From positions 26,294-90,293 of the forward strand of contig CAZETR010000011.1 of NCBI GenBank assembly GCA_964514545.1: 64,000 bases of DNA, given 5' to 3'. Source of the DNA: an uncultured Gammaproteobacteria bacterium (GTDB lineage Bacteria > Patescibacteriota > Microgenomatia > CAZETR01). The notes under the pieces were generated by a model. It was not told the DNA's origin. It saw only the letters and a program-made list of their open reading frames with translations, and did not search any database. The position numbers and the translations under genes are program-made. Every line of letters starts with the position of its first letter. Within the stretch, counting starts at the first letter, position 1. Below are positions 56,454 through 64,000 of the stretch, one piece after another.

Positions 56454-58139
56454 TTAGCGTATTTCCAGTAAATCAAAGGCCGGATGCCCGTCGAGAAAAT
56501 TAATTGTGGAAAGTTTACTCCACCCTGATGGATAGTTCCCGGGGGAGGTCACTAATAACGCTGGTTTGACCAGGGGTATTTTAACTCCGCGCTCGGTTGT
56601 CAGATCTTTAACCTGCCAGTCATTTACAAACCAGTATTTCCCGAATCGATCTGTCCAGTACCAGTTTGACTGAAAATAACGGATTTTATTGGGATCGGTT
56701 TGTAGGTCGAGAGGGTTAAACTTAAGATAAAATAAATAAAACTCGTGCGGTTCGCCGTATTTTTTAGTCGTAATTACCGTACGGTACTCTGGATGAGAAC
56801 GCAGGAACTTAACGACGTCTTGGTAACCATACTGCCAGGCCCATGAGTAATTTACCCGATACGTTGTAAATAAAACTTTCATGTAATTGAATAGAGGTGC
56901 TGAGAGGCAGAGCGTAAGGGTAATAAAAAATATCTTAGTTGTATATTTAAGTTTGGTTTTCAAAAATTTGTGGGCAAGAAAAATTCCAACAGCCGATATG
57001 AGTACAATTTCTGGGAGCATAAGTGAGCTCCTAATGACATGGTATTGACCTGACGTAAGAGCTGCCGGAATTGGTGAGGAGAAAAGAAGGATCAATACCG
57101 GAGATTTATAAAAGTGCCGATTTTTAACAAAATAGATAAGCCCGATGTAAAAAAAGGGTAGAATTACAAGCGGAAGGAGTCCAAAGCCAGGGATACTGTA
57201 TTGATACTGACTGCCGCCGGAGACAAATAAAAAGTTGGGTAAAAAATAACCGATGTAATTCTTAAAACTTTGTTTGACAACGTAGATCCCCTTGTTGTAA
57301 ATAAGGCGAGAGAAAATTGCCGGGTAGGGTGATTTTCCCCGAAGATGGTTTATTTCGTTAATTGCGCCTGAGTCTAAAACAAAAACCCATGGGGCCCGAG
57401 CAGTCGATGATGAGGAGAGAAAAATCCAGAACATTGATGAGGATAGGAGCAATGCTGAAAGTAGGATTAAGACGTGTTTACTCGGATGTTTTATTATTTC
57501 GTTCAATTTATGAGCGTGTCGGAAAGCGAGGAAAATGAACAATATCGGAATGACGAGGCGAGTGTTGTGATAGGAAAATAGAGAGAAAGATAGACATAAC
57601 AATGAGAGGGGAAGGAAAAGCGAATGTCTGTGACGGTGAAAGTAAAGAGCAACGCCGCTAATGAAAAAGAAAAGAGCAATTGTTGACTGAAACACTGCTC
57701 GAGACGGGAGGATATGCCAAGGAGAAATTGCCAATAGAAGAGCGGCAAAAAGTGCGATGTTTTTTGAGTTAATGCTGGTTGGAGACTGTTCTAAGAGACC
57801 TGTTGTAAAGAAATAAATCGAAATAATTGAGAGGGAACCAAACAGGGCTGCCGGAAAACGGGTGCTAAACTCGGTGAGCCCAAAAGTAGCAATAAACGGT
57901 ATTGAAAGATACATATAGGCCGTGGTTGGATAATCCCCATAGGCTCTAAAGTTTATAATGGGTAGACGCTTCCCCCATTCGTCCCGTCCAGTCTTTAATA
58001 TTGAATAGGCGTTGTAACCATGACTAACCTCATCCCAGTTAAGAGAAGGTGGCGAGGACGAAAGGTGAAGAAAACGAAGAAATATCCCTAAAAAGAAAAT
58101 AAATATTAGCCCCGGCCAGGGATGTAAGAGTTTTTTCAT
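56454..58139 (-). CDS. GT39/ArnT-family membrane glycosyltransferase, paralog 3
   Basis: LNWDEVSHGYNAYSILKTGRDEWG; SPWHILPSRAVFQS. Confidence 0.8.
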   Translation of the reverse strand: MKKLLHPWPGLIFIFFLGIFLRFLHLSSSPPSLNWDEVSHGYNAYSILKTGRDEWGKRLPIINFRAYGDYPTTAYMYLSIPFIATFGLTEFSTRFPAALFGSLSIISIYFFTTGLLEQSPTSINSKNIALFAALLLAISPWHILPSRAVFQSTIALFFFISGVALYFHRHRHSLFLPLSLLCLSFSLFSYHNTRLVIPILFIFLAFRHAHKLNEIIKHPSKHVLILLSALLLSSSMFWIFLSSSSTARAPWVFVLDSGAINEINHLRGKSPYPAIFSRLIYNKGIYVVKQSFKNYIGYFLPNFLFVSGGSQYQYSIPGFGLLPLVILPFFYIGLIYFVKNRHFYKSPVLILLFSSPIPAALTSGQYHVIRSSLMLPEIVLISAVGIFLAHKFLKTKLKYTTKIFFITLTLCLSAPLFNYMKVLFTTYRVNYSWAWQYGYQDVVKFLRSHPEYRTVITTKKYGEPHEFYLFYLKFNPLDLQTDPNKIRYFQSNWYWTDRFGKYWFVNDWQVKDLTTERGVKIPLVKPALLVTSPGNYPSGWSKLSTINFLDGHPAFDLLEIR

Positions 58140-58145
58140 GGCGAG

Positions 58146-59762
58146 TTAAGGCTTTTGGTTGTCTTTAACTGACACGAACCTGAAGAGAACTTTTCCGCTG
58201 GGATCCAAAATATCTTTCAAGCTTTTTATATCTTCAGGAAAATCCTCATTTGAGCCGATCAAAAGAACATTGCCCCTATTTCTGTCGAGCGACCAATTTA
58301 AATCCCTAATCTCGTATTTGCCGAGATTGTAGCTTTCCAACTGATCTACGTATTTTTTGCCTGCTGATTCGTATCTAAGCCAGTCTTTGGAATTCTTTTG
58401 AAAATCGGGCGGATCCCAGGGTTTGTAAAAGGCCAGAAAACTTTGGGGTTCAGTATAGCGTTTCGAGAAATGGATGGAATCGTAATTGTTCTCGAGAGAG
58501 ATGGCTGTCTGAAAGGCTTCCCGGAAACTAGCTCTTTGACTGTAGATTGGCTTTTGAGGCAAAAGAAAAAAATATTTGAATAAAAAGTAAACTACGGAAA
58601 TCAGTAGAATTGTAAATATTAATTTTGGTTTAACTTTAGGGTTCGATTGAAGAAAGCGAGTTAGCCCAAAAGCCGAAAGGATCACACTTAGTGGCAGAAT
58701 TGTTATTCCTCGGTTTGCGTTTAGGTCTCCAGCCAATGCCGGCGCGATAGGGGCAAGTAAAAACCAGCCAAATATTAACTTCTTGTGGATGTGTTTTTCT
58801 CTGAGAAGAAAATAGATGGCGTATGCAATAAAGATAATTTCAATTCGATAGTGAAGAGGTGTTCCGGGAAAGTTAAGGTGGGAATTGTCCGGGCGGGCTC
58901 CGGTAAAGAAAAATGTGGGGGAAAAGTAGCTCAGGTAGTTTGTTATAAACTGCCCTCCAACAAAAATATATTTGTTATCGAATATTTTAACTATGGCTGG
59001 GTGGATTGGAATTTGTGGTCTGTTTGTAAAATATCCAGCAACATTTTGTGAAGAAAAGATACTTACGTCGCTGGCTCGCTTGAGGACAAGTTTAAAATTG
59101 AGGAGCGTGGGGAGAAATATGACAAAGAAAATTCCAAGTGAGGTTAGCAAATATATTCTTTTTACTCCGCGTGACCTGAGAAACGGAATAAGTATAATCG
59201 TTAACAAGAGTGTTGCGAGTCTCCACGAGTGATAGGTATATGTGTTAATTGCTAGAAACAGAAAACCCGAGTAAAGATATCTTCGATTGTGGATTCCTTT
59301 TATAGCTAGCAGTAGACCTAGACTAACAAAAAAAATGCCTAATCCACCTTCGAAAGCCGAACGCGAGACTTGGATATGCCACGGTGAAATGGCTAAGAGA
59401 ACCGCAGCCCACATACCGGTATGAGAATCAAATAATTCCCGAGTAAGCAAGTAAACAAGGAGTATTGAAAGGGTACCAAAAAGGACTGCTGGGAGTCGAG
59501 TCGAGAACTCCGACAGACCAAACAAAGCCACCGACGGAATTGTAAGGAATGTATAAAGGGGAGCTTTATAATCTCCAAAGCCCCGGGGGAATAGTGGAAG
59601 GAGTTCTCCCCATTCATCCCGTCCAGTTTTCAAAATTGAATAGGCGCTGTATCCCTGTCCTGCCTCGTCGGCATTAAAACCAGTTGGGAATTCGGTGATC
59701 AAGGCTATTCTTAGGAGGAATCCTAGAAAGAGGGAAAGTATCAGGACGTGTCGGAGGTTCAT
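58146..59762 (-). CDS. GT39/ArnT-family membrane glycosyltransferase, paralog 4
   Basis: FNADEAGQGYSAYSILKTGRDEWG; SPWHIQVSRSAFEG. Confidence 0.8.
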   Translation of the reverse strand: MNLRHVLILSLFLGFLLRIALITEFPTGFNADEAGQGYSAYSILKTGRDEWGELLPLFPRGFGDYKAPLYTFLTIPSVALFGLSEFSTRLPAVLFGTLSILLVYLLTRELFDSHTGMWAAVLLAISPWHIQVSRSAFEGGLGIFFVSLGLLLAIKGIHNRRYLYSGFLFLAINTYTYHSWRLATLLLTIILIPFLRSRGVKRIYLLTSLGIFFVIFLPTLLNFKLVLKRASDVSIFSSQNVAGYFTNRPQIPIHPAIVKIFDNKYIFVGGQFITNYLSYFSPTFFFTGARPDNSHLNFPGTPLHYRIEIIFIAYAIYFLLREKHIHKKLIFGWFLLAPIAPALAGDLNANRGITILPLSVILSAFGLTRFLQSNPKVKPKLIFTILLISVVYFLFKYFFLLPQKPIYSQRASFREAFQTAISLENNYDSIHFSKRYTEPQSFLAFYKPWDPPDFQKNSKDWLRYESAGKKYVDQLESYNLGKYEIRDLNWSLDRNRGNVLLIGSNEDFPEDIKSLKDILDPSGKVLFRFVSVKDNQKP

Positions 59763-61483
59763 CTCGAAAGGATGTAAAAAATAGGCTGAGCGGAGGGATT
59801 TAGAACTGTTTTGAGAATTCGCACGTCTTTTGTCGGACTGTTAATCCAATCTCCAGTTCCAATTTCATCTCGTGCGCTGGCAACATAAATATCACCCGGC
59901 TTTAGCAGTTCAATAAATCCCTGATCCTTGACGATCTTTTCAACTATTCCGAAATAATACTTATCTCCGATATTAAATCCTTTAAATCCGGGCACAATAT
60001 CCGATTTCATTTCATATGAAGTAAATTGTTTTTGAAATAGACCCGGATCGTAGTTGTACCAAAAGAGAAATCTGGGTAATGATGGCTCGTATGTATTGTT
60101 TATGTAAATTCTGTTAGTTTCTGAATCGTGTTTTTTGAGATAAAGCATGCTTTCTTTGAATCCGGACTGCCAAAAACGCCAGGATTCCCGTGGCCATTCT
60201 ACGTAATAGCGGAATAGATATTTGCTTATATTATAAGTTCCTAATAGGCAGACGATAATGATGGCTAACTTTACCGGCGTTTTGTGTTTTGAAGTAAATA
60301 ATTGATTTATTCCCATTGCTGAAATAATTGCAAGCGGTGGTAGGAGCACAATTAGCCTGCCGGCGTGATTGCCACCGTCCTTCGTTAATGCAGAGGCAAC
60401 GGGAGCAATCAAAAGCCAACCCAGAAGAAGATAATAAGGAGGCTTAACTGTTGAGGTGGTTACTAGTTGTTTGGCAATAACTCCGAAACCCAGAACTATG
60501 GTTATCGCTTCAAATAGATATAATTCTCCCATTCCACCTACGGAGTGACGTAGAATTGGATCTCCCTCAAATAAAAGAAAGTCGGTCGAGAACGATTTTA
60601 AGTAATTATGAATAATTTCTTCTCCGTATAGAGTTAGTTTATTTCGAAAAAACCGAGTCAGGGGAGAGATTGATTGTGATCTACGGGTGATCAGGTCGTG
60701 CAAGAGGGACTGGTCTCTGAAAAGAGAAATTTTGGAGAACCTTTCTGAAGGGGAGCCACGGGTGAGCTGGCCTATAAATGGGATAAGCAAGATAAGGGCA
60801 ATTATGCAGGCTGATGCGATCGTTGCCGGCTTGATCTGTTTGATTGATTTCCAATAGACGGATATTGCAGTTAAGAACAGTAATGGAATAAAAAGTATGG
60901 CAATCGCGTATGAGTATATTCCGAGGGCATTAATTGCAGCGGCTATAGGCAATAGCTTGGGTGTCGTTCGCGACTTTAAAAGGAAATACAGACCAAATAG
61001 AGAGAAAACCAGAACTCCGATGTTGTCGTTATCCCAGCGAGAGAATTGAATATGCCAAGGGGAAATGGTCAATAGAATTAAGGAAATTAATCCTAGACGA
61101 CGGCCGAAAAGATCTCTGACAATTAAGAAGAAAGCGGCAAGGGAGAGGATTCCAAAAAAGACGCTTGGGAGTCTAACTCCCAATTCCGTAAGGCCAAAAA
61201 TAGCAATAAACGGAACTGTTGAATAGATATAGATCGGGAGTCTATATTCAGCAAACGATTTGAACATGACAGGCAATAAGTTCCCGTAGTAATCTCTTCC
61301 TGTCCTGAGAATCGAGTTTGCCTGTAATCCAACATCTATTTCGTCACCTGATAATTCGATTGGCACCCGATCAAGCTTGTAGGTTCTTAAAAATATGGCG
61401 AGAATAAAAGTTAGTATGACTAGAAGGGAGTACTTGGAGAGCATATGGCTACGTTCATTGTATCTTATTCTTCGTAGATGCAA
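59759..61483 (-). CDS. GT39/ArnT-family membrane glycosyltransferase, paralog 5
   Basis: LSGDEIDVGLQANSILRTGRDYYG; SPWHIQFSRWDNDN. Confidence 0.8.
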   Translation of the reverse strand: MHLRRIRYNERSHMLSKYSLLVILTFILAIFLRTYKLDRVPIELSGDEIDVGLQANSILRTGRDYYGNLLPVMFKSFAEYRLPIYIYSTVPFIAIFGLTELGVRLPSVFFGILSLAAFFLIVRDLFGRRLGLISLILLTISPWHIQFSRWDNDNIGVLVFSLFGLYFLLKSRTTPKLLPIAAAINALGIYSYAIAILFIPLLFLTAISVYWKSIKQIKPATIASACIIALILLIPFIGQLTRGSPSERFSKISLFRDQSLLHDLITRRSQSISPLTRFFRNKLTLYGEEIIHNYLKSFSTDFLLFEGDPILRHSVGGMGELYLFEAITIVLGFGVIAKQLVTTSTVKPPYYLLLGWLLIAPVASALTKDGGNHAGRLIVLLPPLAIISAMGINQLFTSKHKTPVKLAIIIVCLLGTYNISKYLFRYYVEWPRESWRFWQSGFKESMLYLKKHDSETNRIYINNTYEPSLPRFLFWYNYDPGLFQKQFTSYEMKSDIVPGFKGFNIGDKYYFGIVEKIVKDQGFIELLKPGDIYVASARDEIGTGDWINSPTKDVRILKTVLNPSAQPIFYILSR

Positions 61484-61629
61484 AGTGGGGTCTGGAGCGT
61501 ATCAACAACCGCCAACTTACGCAGGTGGTTTGCCGTACTTCTCTCGCTTTGCGAGTCCGCCTTCGGCAGAAAATCTACATCTACCAGATAACGCTGGTAG
61601 ATTTAAGACTTGAAGTATAAAGTTGGGGT
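61484..61629. promoter_or_regulatory. Divergent intergenic region with a perfect 7-bp inverted repeat (candidate operator/promoter region)
   Basis: CTACCAG-ATAACG-CTGGTAG at 61581..61600. The region is GC-richer than its surroundings and lies between the head-to-head GT39 array and the plus-strand paralogs. Confidence 0.3.
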
Positions 61630-63183
61630 ATGTTTGATCACCGAAATAGGTCATGGAAGTTGATACTTGTAGTTCTTCCGGTTTTGATCAAAGTTTTTTT
61701 GTTATTAAATATTCAACTCGGCATTCAGGAGCATCTGTATCTATATAGGGCATGGACTTTGGTAAAGTTCGGGAGGGACGAGACCGGAAACTTTCTGCCA
61801 CCAATTTTTCAGTCTCATGAGAGCTACCAGTTGCCATTTTTGTCGTATCTGATTGTTCCTGTCGTGGGAGTTTTAGGTCTGAATTTCTTCTCCGGGGCAA
61901 TTGTTGAGATGGGGTTATGGGCTGGTTTAGCTTTATTGCTATTGCATAAGTTCAAGGGAATAGGGGCTCCATTGATGGTACTTGTGGGTCCAATTTTTGT
62001 TTGGCCGGGGAGTTGGGAAGCAAAGCTATTGGTTGTGGAGCTAATGCTTTGGTTTATATTTCTGGAGCGGAGGAGATGGATAGCTTTAACTGGAATTGGA
62101 GTATTGATGTTGCTGACTTCTTTTGATAGCTATGTTTTGCTACCGACCTTGATTTTGGGAGCTGGAGTTGCATTTCCAACTTTGAGAAAAGGATTGTTTA
62201 CTCCCGGGGTCTGTTTAATTCTGCTCGTGACGAGCTTGATGTTCCAAGCCAGAAGATTTCCAGGACTTGGGAGAGCATTTCGAGAGAAGGAGTTTGGTGT
62301 GTTTCTTGGCTCTGAAGTTAGTTCCACAATAAACTTACTCAGAGGCGAGGATTTGAGAGCAAATGTTCAAGTGTGGGCGCGGGTCTGGCATAATAAACTT
62401 TCATATGGAACTGTCTTTATTAATAACTTCTTAACTGCGACTGATCCGGTACTGTTCTTTGGGCATGGGGATCTGGACAAAAGATCTAATAGCCAGTGGG
62501 TTGGAATCCTGTTGGTAGTGTACCTGCCGATGTTGGTTTTGGTTGTCCGATTTTGGAAAATGAGTTACGCTTGGTGGGTTTATGTTTTTGTGGTCGGGAT
62601 AGTGATCGCGAGTTTGAAAGGTACGCAGGTTTTTGAGCGAGATATGTTTATCGCTGCCTTGTGTTTGGTAATTATTATTGCCGGAGTAATGGATCGATTT
62701 CCGTTATGGGGCTACAGGGTTCAGGTTGGTGCCACTATGCTTTTATTGTTTGCTGTCTATTTTTCAGCTAATTTTCATCCCTTAAATATGGAAATCGAAT
62801 CCGGGTATGGGCTGAAAAATATAGCTAGTTTAGCGTTAGCTCACCCGAATACATTAGTTTTGTTCGCAGATGATGTCTATGCTAATCCAGGACCAACTTT
62901 AGCTTATTATATGAAACCAGTCCCTCTCAAAAATAAGTTGAGTGTTTTTGGGTACAGGCAGTTTTTACGTAGAGTTGGGAATATTGAAGTGGTGACCCCT
63001 AACGATAAACGCCTGGAACTGGAACGCGAGATGTGCCGGAAAGTTGATTTAGCTCCGATTCGAATTGTTTCAGCAAATGCAGTTAATGGTTGGTCGGATT
63101 ACAGGCTCGCCGTAGTAAAACCTATTATTGTTCAACGTTCAGGAATACCCCTTGTCTATTCAGCTGTTTACAATGAAAAGTAA
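61630..63183 (+). CDS. Divergent GT39-like membrane protein lacking the catalytic DE motif (possible pseudo-glycosyltransferase)
   Basis: LGIQEHLYLYRAWTLVKFGRDETGNF...YQLPFLSYLIVP aligns with the LNADEAAIGYNTYSLIKTGKDEHG...YKPGAYFYLALP loop of the neighbours, but has QEH in place of DE. Polytopic. Confidence 0.55.
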   Translation: MFDHRNRSWKLILVVLPVLIKVFLLLNIQLGIQEHLYLYRAWTLVKFGRDETGNFLPPIFQSHESYQLPFLSYLIVPVVGVLGLNFFSGAIVEMGLWAGLALLLLHKFKGIGAPLMVLVGPIFVWPGSWEAKLLVVELMLWFIFLERRRWIALTGIGVLMLLTSFDSYVLLPTLILGAGVAFPTLRKGLFTPGVCLILLVTSLMFQARRFPGLGRAFREKEFGVFLGSEVSSTINLLRGEDLRANVQVWARVWHNKLSYGTVFINNFLTATDPVLFFGHGDLDKRSNSQWVGILLVVYLPMLVLVVRFWKMSYAWWVYVFVVGIVIASLKGTQVFERDMFIAALCLVIIIAGVMDRFPLWGYRVQVGATMLLLFAVYFSANFHPLNMEIESGYGLKNIASLALAHPNTLVLFADDVYANPGPTLAYYMKPVPLKNKLSVFGYRQFLRRVGNIEVVTPNDKRLELEREMCRKVDLAPIRIVSANAVNGWSDYRLAVVKPIIVQRSGIPLVYSAVYNEK

Positions 63184-64000
63184 AATAATTTTGTTCTTGA
63201 TTCTTTTTGTTGCGGGTTTCTTGAGATTGTATTTGCTGGGAAAATATCCTACTTCGTTAAGTGTAGACGAAGTGTCGATTGGATATAACGCCTATTCAAT
63301 TCTCTCTACTGGCAGGGATCAGTATAGACGATTTTTTCCGTTGGTATTTGAGTCTCTCGGAGATTTCAAATCTCCAGTTTACATTTATGTGACGGCTGTA
63401 TCTGAGAAATTGTTAGGGGTTAATGAAGTTGCTGTGCGGGTTCCAGCAGCCGCTGCGGGAATTGTCGTAGTGTTCTTAGCCTACCTGGTAATTTACCGGT
63501 TAACGGGAAAGGTTAATTTGGCTTTGTGCTCGGCGGCGGTCCTCGCGCTTTCGCCTTGGCATATCAGATTTTCCAGAGGTGCCTATGAAGCAAGCTTGGC
63601 CCTCGCGTTTTTAATGTCAGCTTTTTACTGCCTAATTAGATTGAAAAAATTCACGTTGGGGCTAGTAATGGCTATATTCTCTATGTATACCTACCACGCC
63701 GAAAAGATTATTGCCCCACTGTTTGTTATGGGCATGGTGGTTATTTATCGAGATCGTTTCCATGTTTTGTGGAATGGCTCAAGGAAAAGAATGGTCTTTC
63801 TGGGATTTGTCTTTGCCTTAGCCACAATGGTAGCTGTTTTTATAAACGGTGGACAAGTGAGAGCCTTACACACGAGCATATTAAGTGATGTTGGGGTAAA
63901 TCAGGGATTGAGTCAAACTAAAGGGCTAAAGAGCGTAAATCGCGCATTTCTTGTATTTAGTACAATTACGAATAGGTATATTCAATATTTTGGCTCGTAT
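63173..64000 (+). CDS. GT39/ArnT-family membrane glycosyltransferase, paralog 6 (3' truncated at window edge)
   Basis: Manual translation from ATG at 63173 gives MKSKIILFLILFVAGFLRLYLLGKYPTSLSVDEVSIGYNAYSILSTGRDQYRRFFP...SPWHIRFSRGAYEAS. Not in the ORF track because it runs off the window. Its start overlaps the stop of the previous gene. Confidence 0.75.
   Translation, partial: MKSKIILFLILFVAGFLRLYLLGKYPTSLSVDEVSIGYNAYSILSTGRDQYRRFFPLVFESLGDFKSPVYIYVTAVSEKLLGVNEVAVRVPAAAAGIVVVFLAYLVIYRLTGKVNLALCSAAVLALSPWHIRFSRGAYEASLALAFLMSAFYCLIRLKKFTLGLVMAIFSMYTYHAEKIIAPLFVMGMVVIYRDRFHVLWNGSRKRMVFLGFVFALATMVAVFINGGQVRALHTSILSDVGVNQGLSQTKGLKSVNRAFLVFSTITNRYIQYFGSY

Noticed and set aside
1-64000. Possibility of CRISPR arrays, prophage, transposons or integrative elements
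   Set aside because: No regularly spaced direct repeats. No transposase, integrase, recombinase or phage structural motifs in any ORF. The only repeat-like features are the two GC-rich hairpin islands.

Overview
The window is a gene-dense, AT-rich region with pervasive 4-nt start/stop overlaps, almost entirely devoted to glycan biosynthesis and export. The compact style is compatible with a Patescibacteria/CPR-like genome, but that is inference. UGA is used as a stop codon, so the genetic code is standard. I see no rRNA, tRNA, CRISPR array, transposase or integrase.

Functional content:
- Nucleotide-sugar tailoring enzymes: a DegT-type aminotransferase, a GalE, a Ugd-type dehydrogenase, several SDR epimerase/dehydratases, a Gfo/Idh/MocA oxidoreductase and a cupin isomerase.
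- An inferred NDP-heptose module: transaldolase, GmhA-like SIS isomerase, GHMP kinase and sugar-1-P nucleotidyltransferase.
- Many SAM methyltransferases, including a tandem MetW-like pair and FkbM-type enzymes.
- A Wzm/Wzt ABC exporter; Wzt carries a C-terminal carbohydrate-binding extension.
- Many GT2 and GT4 glycosyltransferases, including five Dpm1/ArnC-like polyprenyl-phosphate-sugar synthase candidates.
- An unusually large set of polytopic GT-C-like membrane proteins. Six GT39/ArnT-family paralogs lie near the 3' end of the window, plus a seventh paralog that has lost the catalytic DE motif.
- Three paralogs of an uncharacterised large membrane protein share an SLPPYxxDEMxYH loop motif. 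One of them carries a GC-rich, hairpin-rich in-frame insertion.
- A second GC-rich island at the gene junction around 1745-1845 consists of three hairpins, two of which show compensatory base changes.
- Two membrane genes truncated at the window edges (1..1725 minus strand; 63173..64000 plus strand) are absent from the ORF track and were recovered by manual translation.
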